In this document: piece after piece, positions 10,510 to 19,932 of the stretch
How the letters are laid out: the number at the start of each line of letters is the position of its first letter
How positions within the stretch are numbered: position 1 is the stretch's first letter
Assembly (NCBI GenBank): GCA_965140585.1
Contig: OZ223272.1
Location: 1-64,000, forward strand
Direction: 5' to 3'
DNA length: 64,000 nt
Source: Spirochaetia bacterium
GTDB taxonomy: Bacteria > Spirochaetota > Spirochaetia > UBA9216
Program-made: the position numbers and the translations under genes
Notes under the pieces: model-generated
The model's input: the letters and a program-made list of their open reading frames with translations, nothing else
Databases searched by the model: none
What the model was told of the DNA's origin: nothing

Positions 10510-11798
10510 ATATCATCAGCGGAAGTGAAAAGCCCCTGCATCAAGCCTTTTTTATAGATTTTAAGTGTTTCGATTTTATCGGTTTGAGCCCTGATGAGTT
10601 CATCGAGGGATGAGAGGCAATCGGCTATTTTTTGTTGTTCAGCTGTAATAGGTACATTTATATTCAACTTTTGCAGTTGACTTGCATATAGATGGACCAC
10701 TGAAATTCCTTGAACCAGCTGCGAAATTGCTATTCTTTTTCCATTGTTTAAGTAATAAGCAAGAAAAACTCCATTCAATTTAGAACGTATAATATTAATA
10801 TCACTGCCCAACGCAATGTCACTTTTCAGAACACATGACGCAGTTGCAATATCTTCCTTTGTTTCTCCAGAGGCAGGAATGATCACATCATTTACTTTAC
10901 TAAAAATTAATTCATCAGATAAAACATTTGTAAATGATATGACTGAATTTATAGTCTCATTGTAGCGTGTGTATAATTCACCATATCTAATACATGGCCA
11001 TTTTCCATCTGGGGAAATATCTGCTTTAGCAATCCCTTTACCTTTCGAAAATGATGCAATTTTCCCAAGAGTATTCTCCTCCCACAAACCATTTTTCCTA
11101 AACTCTGGAAACTGCCATTCCGGAACGCTTTCACCCTCAGCAGGAAAGAGCTTTTGCAACAGCCCCTTTTTATGGGTTTTGTATGTTTCGAGTTTATCCG
11201 CTTCAGTAGTAATGAGTTCATCAAGAGACGTGAGACAATCAGCAATTTTTTGCTGTTCGTTTGGTTTGGGTACAACTAATTTCCCACCTAAAACAGCAAA
11301 GTTATTAACCTTCATGTCATTTTTTGCACCTTTACGAACAATTGGCTGTAAATAACTATTCAAGTTAAAGTCATTTGAAAAATAATGATCTAAATAGGTT
11401 GAGTTTCCTTTCTTTGTGGGATGGTAGACTGCATAAAGTGTAGAGACGATGCCCGGCTTGCCTTTATTTTCTTTTATGATTCCAAAAGGATTCAGTTTTA
11501 ACGGACTTTTTGTATAAACAATATCACCAGTCTCAACTACATGATAATCTTTTACGCTAAGACCGGCATATGAGCGTCCAAGCAATTCAATTTGATTTAC
11601 ACAACCATATTCTCCTGATACGGAAAGGACCTGTTCTTTACTGTATTTTAAATCACGATTCCGTGTTTTATTTTCAGTTAGTAGTTCACTCAAAGGCAAT
11701 TCTTCCCACTCCCCACTATCCCTGAACTCAGGAAATCTATACCTCGGCACTAACGCCTTCTTATTCTTACTCATCTTTCTCTTCCCATGCTTGTTCAA
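10506..11798 (-). CDS. hsdS: Type I R-M specificity subunit
   Basis: Two TRDs with repeated EQQKIADCL(T/S)SLDELI...KKGL(L/M)Q conserved regions; likely start at 11774. Confidence 0.95.
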   Translation of the reverse strand: MNKHGKRKMSKNKKALVPRYRFPEFRDSGEWEELPLSELLTENKTRNRDLKYSKEQVLSVSGEYGCVNQIELLGRSYAGLSVKDYHVVETGDIVYTKSPLKLNPFGIIKENKGKPGIVSTLYAVYHPTKKGNSTYLDHYFSNDFNLNSYLQPIVRKGAKNDMKVNNFAVLGGKLVVPKPNEQQKIADCLTSLDELITTEADKLETYKTHKKGLLQKLFPAEGESVPEWQFPEFRKNGLWEENTLGKIASFSKGKGIAKADISPDGKWPCIRYGELYTRYNETINSVISFTNVLSDELIFSKVNDVIIPASGETKEDIATASCVLKSDIALGSDINIIRSKLNGVFLAYYLNNGKRIAISQLVQGISVVHLYASQLQKLNINVPITAEQQKIADCLSSLDELIRAQTDKIETLKIYKKGLMQGLFTSADDI

Positions 11799-12795
11799 TT
11801 AAAAGTTCATGCAGTTTTTCCCGGATAAGCTTTTTATCGGGCAGCTTTAATTGATATTCGGCTATCAAAGCGGGTGATAAATTACGGGAAAGGGCGTATT
11901 CCACGACTTCATCGTCCTTGTCACGGCAAAGAAGAATGCCTATACTCGGGTTTTCATGAGCCTTTTTAACGTCCCTGTCCAGAGCTTCCAGATAAAAATT
12001 AAGCTGTCCCAGGTGGTCGGGTTTAAACTTGCCTATTTTCAATTCAAACGCTATCAGAGCAGAAAGCTCCCTGTGGAAAAATAAAAGATCAATATAAAAA
12101 TCCTGGTTGCCAACCTGCAGGCGGTATTCTTCACTTATAAAGATAAAATCTTTTCCAAGCTCAAGAATAAAGTTCTTCATATTTCTCACAAGCGATCTTT
12201 TAACCTCATTTTCATTGTGAGTCTCCGGCAACCCTAAAAACTCAAGCACATAGTTATCTTTAAAAATATGACCGATGCCAAAATGAGATTCTCTCAACAC
12301 AGGTGAGAGTTTTGTACTGCCGAAAATTGCCCGTTCAAAGTAGGCTGAATCAATTTGCCGTTCCAGTTCACGTTTGCTCAGCTTGTTCTCAATTACCATT
12401 TTAATATAGAATTCCCTTTCCGCATCTGTTTTACAGCGTGAAAAGATAGTAAGATTATGCGACCAGGGCAATTCTCTCACCAGCGGTGAGAGTTTTTCAT
12501 TCTCATGGTAGGTTTCAAAAAACTGCTTCATACGCCAGAGGTTTTTATCACTGAAACCTTTTATTCCCGGATCATTTTCATTGATATATCGGGCCAGTTC
12601 ACTTACAACACTTTTACCCCAGGAAGCTGATTTTACCTTATTACTGATGTACTCCCCTATCTGCCAGTATAATTCAATAAGTGTAGTATTGATCTGACTA
12701 TATGCTTTCTGCCGCTGCAGGTGTATCAGCTTAAGAAGGGCATCAAAATCATTTTGCATAACACTATCTTTACTCATATGCACCCAATCCGGCAA
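11767..12795 (-). CDS. YhcG/DUF1016 PD-(D/E)XK nuclease family protein
   Basis: LYWQIG, LPWSHN, YIDLLFFHR, ELKIGKF and ENPSIGILLC motifs. Confidence 0.9.
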   Translation of the reverse strand: MPDWVHMSKDSVMQNDFDALLKLIHLQRQKAYSQINTTLIELYWQIGEYISNKVKSASWGKSVVSELARYINENDPGIKGFSDKNLWRMKQFFETYHENEKLSPLVRELPWSHNLTIFSRCKTDAEREFYIKMVIENKLSKRELERQIDSAYFERAIFGSTKLSPVLRESHFGIGHIFKDNYVLEFLGLPETHNENEVKRSLVRNMKNFILELGKDFIFISEEYRLQVGNQDFYIDLLFFHRELSALIAFELKIGKFKPDHLGQLNFYLEALDRDVKKAHENPSIGILLCRDKDDEVVEYALSRNLSPALIAEYQLKLPDKKLIREKLHELLIEQAWEEKDE

Positions 12796-15766
12796 TCTCC
12801 CTCCCGCCTGCCAGCTTTTTTAACAGCGAGATCAGATCTTCCATTAATTCCAGCTCCTTCTTTGTCCGCTCTTTCCAGCTTAGCTCAAGAGGTTCCAGTA
12901 AATCGCTTAGCTTCTCGCCGTCAAATACCATACGCTCGATAATTTCATCAACAAAAGCCTGTAATACCTGAGCATCAAGTCCATATTTACGTGCAGTATC
13001 TGCCATTTCTTTCGCGGCTTTTTCAGTCTTGAACTTCTGATAACCGTCTTTTATTTCCTTTTCATTGAGGGCTTCACCGGCTTTCAGGGTATTGATGTAT
13101 GCAATAATATCTTCCCGCTCTTCCATCAGATTGGCACTGGAACAAAGCATACCAACCAGCTGTTCGCGGTTCATCTTCTGCTTCTTTGGCTCACTCTGGG
13201 TGAATTTGGAAATGAGAGACATAATATAGTCATAGTCGATGATTGCCGAGGAGAACAGTATAAACTCAAAATCCAACTGTGCAACCTCAGAATCAGGATC
13301 GGTAGTGGATTTTTGCTGCTGTTCCTTTAGCTTATGGGCAATTTCGATATAAGAACTCCTGAATGAGCGTAATTGATCCTCTGATATAAGCTCATTCATC
13401 TGCTCTTTCTGTTCAATAGTCAAATCTGTATACTGATCCAACTGTGTTTTAAGGCGCTGAACTTCCTTAAACTGATTTATAAAACTTATACGGGCAGTAT
13501 CACCTTTGAGGTTATAGACTTCTTCCGGCTCGCATGCCAGCTCCTTGTCTTTCATAAAAGCATCCAATGCGGAAACTGCTTTTTTATACTTTTCAATTAC
13601 AACAGGAGCCGGATCAACCAGCCATATTGCTTTCGATTTCCCTGTCTCCTCGCCGGAAAAAAGTGCTATAGCAGCATCCACTTCCTTAGTCTGGCTTCTG
13701 AAATCAAGAATATTGCCATAGGGTTTAGTATCGTTTAACACACGGTTTGTTCTTGAGAATGCCTGTATCAAACCATGCTGCTTTAGATTCTTATCAACGT
13801 ACAGGGTATTCAGATACTTTGAATCAAAACCGGTTAAAAGCATATCAACCACTATTGTCAAATCGATCTTATTTTTATGGGGATAATCGGCATTGCTGTA
13901 TTTATGATCTTTGATTCTTTTTTGAACATCCTGATAGTACAAATCAAATTCATTTATCCGATGATTAGTACCGTACTGCTCATTATAATCAGCAATAATG
14001 GCTTTTAAAGCCTCTTTCTTTTTCTCCGGATCCTGTTCATTATCTGCTTTTTCCTGAGGCAGATCTTCCTGAATCTGCTGAACATCCCTGTTTCCTTCTG
14101 CAGGCGGAGAAAAGACGCAAGCGATGTTCAGGGGGCGATAATTGTCATCATGCTGCATACTTTTTATCTGGATTGCTTTAAAAAGTTCATAATACTCTAT
14201 GGCATCATTTATGGATCCCGTAGCAAGCAGGGCATTGAATCGCCTTGTATTGGTAGCGGCATCGTGTTTTTCCATTATGGATTCCACAACCGCCTTTTTA
14301 TTAGCTGCATCTGATGATGCGGCTTTTTTCTTGTCATCAGGTTTAAAATAGTCAACATGAAAGCGCAGAACATTCCCGTCATCAATCGCATTAGTAATGG
14401 TATATGCATGCAGAAGTTTTTCAAAAATATCTTCGGTAGTTTTGTATGATGCCTGGGTTCCATCAATCTGCCTGTATGTTGCGTTTTCCTCAAATATAGG
14501 AGTACCTGTGAATCCGAAAAGCTGTGCCTTGGGGAAAAATTCTTTTATAGCCTTGTGATTATCCCCGAACTGTGAACGGTGGCATTCATCGAAGATGATA
14601 ACGATCCTTTTATTCCTTAGCGGCATCAACCTTTCCTTATAGGTCAGTTTACCGCTTTCTTTGCTATTCCGATTACGCTTACTGTTTTCATCCAGGGCGA
14701 GACCAAGTTTCTGGATGGTAGAGACGATAACCTTATCAGAATAATCCTCTGACAACAGGCGCTGTACCAGTGTTTCTGTATTCGTGTTCTCTTCAACACA
14801 GCCTTCCTGAAACTTATTAAATTCTTCCCTTGTCTGTTTATCGAGGTCTTTCCGGTCAACCACAAACAGGCATTTCTCAATGTCCGGATTATCCTTCAAC
14901 AGGGTTGATGCCTTGAAAGATGTCAGTGTTTTCCCGCTTCCGGTGGTATGCCAGATGTATCCATTGCCCCGGTTCTGATGAATGCAGTCCACAATAGCCT
15001 TTACTGCATAGATCTGATAGGGTCTCATGATCATCAGTTTCTGTTCGCTCACCACAAGTACCATATAACGGCTAATCAATTGGCCCAGCGTACATTTGGC
15101 AAGAAATTTCTCGGCAAAATCGTGTAGATGAGTAATTTTTTTATTGGCTTCATTAGCTAGCTGATAAATTGGTAAAAATCTTTCATCCGCATTAAATGCA
15201 AAATGATCTTTATGGTTATTGGCAAAATAGTAGGTATTGCTTTCATTACTGACAATAAAAAGCTGCATAAAACAAAGCAGAGAGTTTGTATAGCCGTTGC
15301 CCGGATCGTTTTTATATTCAACTATCTGCTCCATCGCCCGTTTGGGTGTAATTTGTAGGGTTTTAAGTTCAATCTGAACAGCAGGAACCCCGTTGATTAA
15401 AATGACTACATCATATCGATGATGGCTGTTTTCCGTATTCATTCGCAGCTGATTGATGACTTCGAACTCGTTTTTACACCAGTCTTTAATGTTTACAAGT
15501 GTATACTGAAGTGGCGTATCGTCATCTCGGCGAAAAGTGTTTGTTTCCCGCAACGTTTTAGCTGCTGTGAATACATCCGCAGTAATAATTTCATCCCTTA
15601 GCCTTGCGAACTCGGAATCACTCAGATTTACTTTATTGAGTTTTTGAAAATGGTCCCGAAAATTGACTTCAAGAGATGCTTTATCCCGTATGTCATTACG
15701 ATATGTGTATTTAAGGTCTTTTAGTTTTAAAATAAAATCTTCTTCAATCTGCTGTTCTTTTTTCAT
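12770..15766 (-). CDS. hsdR: Type I R-M restriction subunit
   Basis: QIELK nuclease motif; HTTGSGKT, DECHRSQ, FTGTP, MLLTGFD and QAFSRTNR helicase motifs. Confidence 0.95.
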   Translation of the reverse strand: MKKEQQIEEDFILKLKDLKYTYRNDIRDKASLEVNFRDHFQKLNKVNLSDSEFARLRDEIITADVFTAAKTLRETNTFRRDDDTPLQYTLVNIKDWCKNEFEVINQLRMNTENSHHRYDVVILINGVPAVQIELKTLQITPKRAMEQIVEYKNDPGNGYTNSLLCFMQLFIVSNESNTYYFANNHKDHFAFNADERFLPIYQLANEANKKITHLHDFAEKFLAKCTLGQLISRYMVLVVSEQKLMIMRPYQIYAVKAIVDCIHQNRGNGYIWHTTGSGKTLTSFKASTLLKDNPDIEKCLFVVDRKDLDKQTREEFNKFQEGCVEENTNTETLVQRLLSEDYSDKVIVSTIQKLGLALDENSKRNRNSKESGKLTYKERLMPLRNKRIVIIFDECHRSQFGDNHKAIKEFFPKAQLFGFTGTPIFEENATYRQIDGTQASYKTTEDIFEKLLHAYTITNAIDDGNVLRFHVDYFKPDDKKKAASSDAANKKAVVESIMEKHDAATNTRRFNALLATGSINDAIEYYELFKAIQIKSMQHDDNYRPLNIACVFSPPAEGNRDVQQIQEDLPQEKADNEQDPEKKKEALKAIIADYNEQYGTNHRINEFDLYYQDVQKRIKDHKYSNADYPHKNKIDLTIVVDMLLTGFDSKYLNTLYVDKNLKQHGLIQAFSRTNRVLNDTKPYGNILDFRSQTKEVDAAIALFSGEETGKSKAIWLVDPAPVVIEKYKKAVSALDAFMKDKELACEPEEVYNLKGDTARISFINQFKEVQRLKTQLDQYTDLTIEQKEQMNELISEDQLRSFRSSYIEIAHKLKEQQQKSTTDPDSEVAQLDFEFILFSSAIIDYDYIMSLISKFTQSEPKKQKMNREQLVGMLCSSANLMEEREDIIAYINTLKAGEALNEKEIKDGYQKFKTEKAAKEMADTARKYGLDAQVLQAFVDEIIERMVFDGEKLSDLLEPLELSWKERTKKELELMEDLISLLKKLAGGREIAGLGAYE

Positions 15767-15873
15767 TGCATTATAATAACAGATATTATGCCTTTCTGCA
15801 TTTGCATTGATTCGATTTTCTTCTACATAGATCTAAGATTGCTCTTACATATTAATAAGCATATATTATATAT

Positions 15874-16473
15874 ATGAAAATAGTATCTCTCATGCATAAA
15901 GTAATTTTCTCTGCAATTTCACTGATATACACAGCCTTTTTTCCAATGCTTTGGCGTAAATACCGGAAGGTTATAAACACTAATAAAGCTCACCTTGGTC
16001 CGGAAAGCTCAAGCATTCTCGACATAGGCTGCGGAACAGGTGCTTTTACATATGCCCTCACACTTGAAGGTTACCGGGCTTCGGGGACAGATATCTCAGG
16101 ACCGATGATGCTGATGGCCAGAAAGAAAAAACTTAACTGTGTTAAGGGAGATATACTTGAGGGCCTCCCCTTTGAAGATAAATCCTTTGACACTGTTACG
16201 GCCGCTTTTGTAGCACATGGAATGCGCGGCAGACTGAGAAGAGAGTTTTATTCCGAAGCCTTCCGTATTGCGAAGAATACGGTAATAATCCATGACTACC
16301 AAGGCAGACACGCCATCCTTCCGGTACTTCTGATTGAGATTCTTGAACTTCTTATAGGGGCGGATTATTTCGGATTCAGGAAGAATGTAATGAAAGAACT
16401 CTCTGAATACTCAGATGACATTCAGACTTTGGCTGTGACAGAATCTTCAGGCTGGTATATTTGTAAAGTTTAA
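15874..16473 (+). CDS. Class I SAM-dependent methyltransferase
   Basis: ILDIGCGTG and LPFEDKSFD motifs. Confidence 0.85.
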   Translation: MKIVSLMHKVIFSAISLIYTAFFPMLWRKYRKVINTNKAHLGPESSSILDIGCGTGAFTYALTLEGYRASGTDISGPMMLMARKKKLNCVKGDILEGLPFEDKSFDTVTAAFVAHGMRGRLRREFYSEAFRIAKNTVIIHDYQGRHAILPVLLIEILELLIGADYFGFRKNVMKELSEYSDDIQTLAVTESSGWYICKV

Positions 16474-16531
16474 GTAAATAAATGAAAGCTTTTATTGAAT
16501 TCGTGATCAATTACAACTAAATTTAAGCCAT

Positions 16532-17152
16532 ATGGAAGAAGAAGAAATCAGAGAAATATTTCATGACCTTAAAAATGACCTCGCCACCATGACTGCAATG
16601 GTCAATCTGCATAAGATATATACGAAAACTATTCCGGCGGAGCAGCTTTTAGCCTGCCTGCAGAACAGGCAGATGGTGATATCCACAGCTTATGAAAAAC
16701 TGTATCACGGCGGAGATTACAGGTATGTCAACGTCATGGAATTGATATATGATATAGTAAGCAGGCTTCAGAGAATCTGTTCCAACCGGCATCCGGGGGT
16801 AAAAGTTGAGAAGGAAATTGACAATATCAGAGTTCCTTTCAAAACAGCCCTCCCTATTGCCCAGATTATCTCTGAACTGGTAACAAACAGCTATTTTCAT
16901 GCCTTTGACTACACAAAGGGCGGAGGCCTCATAAATTTTAAGCTAAACTTTGAAGACGAAAAAATAATCCTTGATTACAGAGACAACGGCAGAGGACTGG
17001 AATCAGACTATGATCCTACCAGTTCGCATACTCTCGGGATGCAGTTTATAATCTCTCTGGCAAAGCAACTTGGAACGAGAATGGAATTCCCTGATGACAT
17101 AAAGGGATTTCATGCACATATGGAGATCAATAAACCCGACAGGAAAGAATAA
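16532..17152 (+). CDS. HisKA_2-type histidine kinase/HATPase without a sensor domain
   Basis: EIFHDLKND H-box-like motif; ELVTNSYFHAF N-box; DNGRG and TLGMQFI G-boxes. Confidence 0.75.
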   Translation: MEEEEIREIFHDLKNDLATMTAMVNLHKIYTKTIPAEQLLACLQNRQMVISTAYEKLYHGGDYRYVNVMELIYDIVSRLQRICSNRHPGVKVEKEIDNIRVPFKTALPIAQIISELVTNSYFHAFDYTKGGGLINFKLNFEDEKIILDYRDNGRGLESDYDPTSSHTLGMQFIISLAKQLGTRMEFPDDIKGFHAHMEINKPDRKE

Positions 17153-17162
17153 AGACTTTTTT

Positions 17163-17236
17163 TGATCACGGCGGGATTCGAACCCACGGCCTCCTCCTCC
17201 GGAGGGAGGCGCTCTATCCAGCTGAGCTACGTGACC
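17163..17236 (-). tRNA. tRNA-Arg(CCG)
   Basis: GGTCACGTAGCTCAGCTGGATAGAGCG-CCTCC-CTCCGGA-GGAGG-AGGCCGTGGGTTCGAATCCCGCCGTGATCA cloverleaf; no encoded CCA. Confidence 0.95.
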
Positions 17237-17355
17237 AGGTGAGTAAACCATACCTCTGCGTAATAATACTGTCAATCCCTATTTTTATTGTTAAAATATT
17301 ACCTCAAAGGTGTCGTTCATTATATAATGAAAGCATCTTTTATCCGGAGAAAACT

Positions 17356-17922
17356 ATGACTCTTAAGATTAGATATAATGCACCGCTGACTCTGACATTT
17401 GCAATTATTGCATCCATCCTTGTCCTGGTTGATCAGCTGCTGAATACCCACTTCATTCCCACATACTTCATGGTGCCCGGCAAGGGCATTTTCAATACAT
17501 CGGATCCCATCGACTGGATTACCCTTTTTACTCATACCCTGGGTCACTCTGGATGGAACCACCTTCTGTCGAATATGGCTCTGCTTCTGCTTCTGGGTCC
17601 TGCACTGGAAGAAAAATACGGTTCGGTCTCGCTTTTTATCATGATCTTTGTGACAGCTATTGTAACCGGACTGCTGAACGCATTCTTCTTTCCAACGGCA
17701 TTGCTTGGAGCAAGCGGAATAGTATTCATGATGATACTCCTTTCTTCGTTCACAAATAACCGCAACGGAGAGATTCCGCTCACATTTGTCCTTATTCTGG
17801 TGCTTTATCTTGCTACCGAAGCAATCAATGCCTTCAGACATGACGATATTTCCCAGTTTGCCCACCTTATAGGCGGATTCTGCGGAAGTATATTCGGTTT
17901 TATAAAGCCTGCCAGGAGATAA
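17356..17922 (+). CDS. Rhomboid family intramembrane serine protease
   Basis: HLLSNM, GASG and AHLIGG motifs; SD (GGAG) before ATG 17356. Confidence 0.9.
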   Translation: MTLKIRYNAPLTLTFAIIASILVLVDQLLNTHFIPTYFMVPGKGIFNTSDPIDWITLFTHTLGHSGWNHLLSNMALLLLLGPALEEKYGSVSLFIMIFVTAIVTGLLNAFFFPTALLGASGIVFMMILLSSFTNNRNGEIPLTFVLILVLYLATEAINAFRHDDISQFAHLIGGFCGSIFGFIKPARR

Positions 17923-17932
17923 AAGACTCAGA

Positions 17933-17961
17933 TTGAAAAGCCTGTGCTTTTCTGTTATGCT
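17933..17961 (+). promoter_or_regulatory. sigma70 promoter of the prfA operon (probably leaderless)
   Basis: TTGAAA-N17-TATGCT with extended -10 TG, then 6 nt to ATG 17968; no SD. Confidence 0.55.
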
Positions 17962-17967
17962 GTCTGA

Positions 17968-19035
17968 ATGATAGACAGACTTGACGAAATAGAAGAAAGA
18001 TATAATTCACTCGAAACTCAGATAAGTGATCCTGATATAATGAAGGATCTCAAAAAATATAAAGAAATTGCCCAGGAGCACAGCCACCTTCAGGAAGTAG
18101 TTACCGAGATCAGGGTTTACAAGAAACTCTCTCAGGAGCTTGAGGATGCAAATCTTCTAATAGAAGAAGAGACTGATCCCGAAATGAAGGAAATGGCAAA
18201 GGAAGAAGTCAAGGGTCTCGAAGATGGACTGGAAGAATCCGAGCAGAAACTGAAAACTCTGCTTATTCCAAAGGATCCTCTGGACAGCAAGAACACTATC
18301 ATGGAAATTAGAGCAGGAACCGGCGGTGATGAAGCAGCCCTGTTTGCTGCAGACCTTTTCCGGATGTATTCAAGACTGTCTGAAACCAGGGGCTGGAAAC
18401 TTGAAGTAATGTCAACCAATGAAATAAACCTCGGCGGTTTCAAGGAAATAATCTTTTCAATAAGCGGCAAGAATGTCTACGGAGATTTAAAATATGAAAG
18501 CGGTGTTCACCGTGTACAGCGAGTCCCGTCCACAGAATCCGGCGGAAGGGTTCATACTTCGGCAGTAACCGTTGCGGTGCTTCCTGAAGCTGAAGATACT
18601 GATATCGATATCAAAACCGAAGATCTCAAGATTGATGTATTCCGCTCTTCAGGTCCCGGAGGCCAGAGCGTTAACACTACAGACTCTGCAGTTAGAATTA
18701 CCCACCTTCCCACCGGCGTTGTTGTTACCTGTCAGGATGAAAAGTCCCAGATCAAGAACAAGGCGAAGGCTCTGAGAGTTCTCCGTTCAAGACTGCTCGA
18801 AGCCGAGGAAGCTAAAAAAGCCAAGGAAAGAGCTGATGCCCGTAAAACGCAGGTAGGCTCCGGAGACCGCTCAGAACGTATCAGGACATACAACTTCCCC
18901 CAGAACAGGCTTACCGACCACAGAATAAACCTTACCCTTTACCGGCTGGACTACATCATTGAAGGTGATATGAACGAGGTAATTGAAGCCCTGAAACTGA
19001 GTGACAGGGAAGAATACCTGAAAGCAACCCAGTAA
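17968..19035 (+). CDS. prfA: Peptide chain release factor 1
   Basis: GGQ motif, PST stop-codon recognition motif and [11 protein letters not shown]. Confidence 0.97.
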   Translation: MIDRLDEIEERYNSLETQISDPDIMKDLKKYKEIAQEHSHLQEVVTEIRVYKKLSQELEDANLLIEEETDPEMKEMAKEEVKGLEDGLEESEQKLKTLLIPKDPLDSKNTIMEIRAGTGGDEAALFAADLFRMYSRLSETRGWKLEVMSTNEINLGGFKEIIFSISGKNVYGDLKYESGVHRVQRVPSTESGGRVHTSAVTVAVLPEAEDTDIDIKTEDLKIDVFRSSGPGGQSVNTTDSAVRITHLPTGVVVTCQDEKSQIKNKAKALRVLRSRLLEAEEAKKAKERADARKTQVGSGDRSERIRTYNFPQNRLTDHRINLTLYRLDYIIEGDMNEVIEALKLSDREEYLKATQ

Positions 19036-19044
19036 AAACTGAAT

Positions 19045-19932
19045 ATGACATACAGAGAACTTCTTGCAGAAGGAACCGGGATTCTTGAAGGCTGCAAAAC
19101 AATATTCTGCGATACGCCTTCACTTGATTCTTCGGTTCTTCTTGCATTTGCCACCGGTATAAGCCGGGAAAAACTGCTTGCTTCCTACTCAGATACAATA
19201 CCTGAAGATACAGCAGACACTTTCAGAAATTTAATTAAAAAACGAACCGAAGGCTATCCTGTTTCATACATCCGGGGTGTCAAGGAATTCTACGGCAGGG
19301 ATTTTTACGTTGATGAACGAGTCCTTGTTCCAAGACCGGAAACTGAAATAATGGTAGAAAGAGTCATTGAAATTGCCGCGGATCTGAAAGCCAACAGAAA
19401 CGGTGAAACTGTAAGGATTCTGGACCTCTGTACCGGCTCGGGATGCATAGCCGTTACACTAAAGAAGGAAATCCCCTATGCGGAAATCACTGCTTCAGAT
19501 ATTTCTGCCGAAGCACTTGAAACCGCCCGAAAGAACAGCAGGCATCTTTACGCCTCTATCAGCTTTATAGAGAGTGACCTTTTTGAAAACATCCGTGGAA
19601 AATATGATATCATTGTGACGAATCCGCCCTACGTGGAAGCGGAAGTCTGTGACGAAATGCAGGCTCAGAACTGGCCCGAACCGAGACTCGCCCTCGACGG
19701 AGGAACGGACGGACTTGATATTATCAGAATAATTGTTGAATCTTCTATGGATTATCTGACCGATAATAGCTATCTTTTAATAGAAGCCGGATGGAAACAT
19801 TCAGAAGAAATCCGGAATTTGATGAAAGATGCCGGGTTTACCGGAACAGATACTTTAACAGACCTTGCAGGCAAGGACAGAGTTACATTCGGAAGATGCT
19901 GTGGATCACAAGATAACGAAATTCGAGAATAA
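19045..19932 (+). CDS. prmC: Release factor glutamine methyltransferase
   Basis: VLVPRPETE, DLCTGSG and NPPY motifs; follows prfA. Confidence 0.95.
   Translation: MTYRELLAEGTGILEGCKTIFCDTPSLDSSVLLAFATGISREKLLASYSDTIPEDTADTFRNLIKKRTEGYPVSYIRGVKEFYGRDFYVDERVLVPRPETEIMVERVIEIAADLKANRNGETVRILDLCTGSGCIAVTLKKEIPYAEITASDISAEALETARKNSRHLYASISFIESDLFENIRGKYDIIVTNPPYVEAEVCDEMQAQNWPEPRLALDGGTDGLDIIRIIVESSMDYLTDNSYLLIEAGWKHSEEIRNLMKDAGFTGTDTLTDLAGKDRVTFGRCCGSQDNEIRE

Noticed and set aside
17163-17236. tRNA-Arg as the integration site for the R-M region
   Set aside because: No duplicate of the tRNA 3' end and no integrase were seen in the window.
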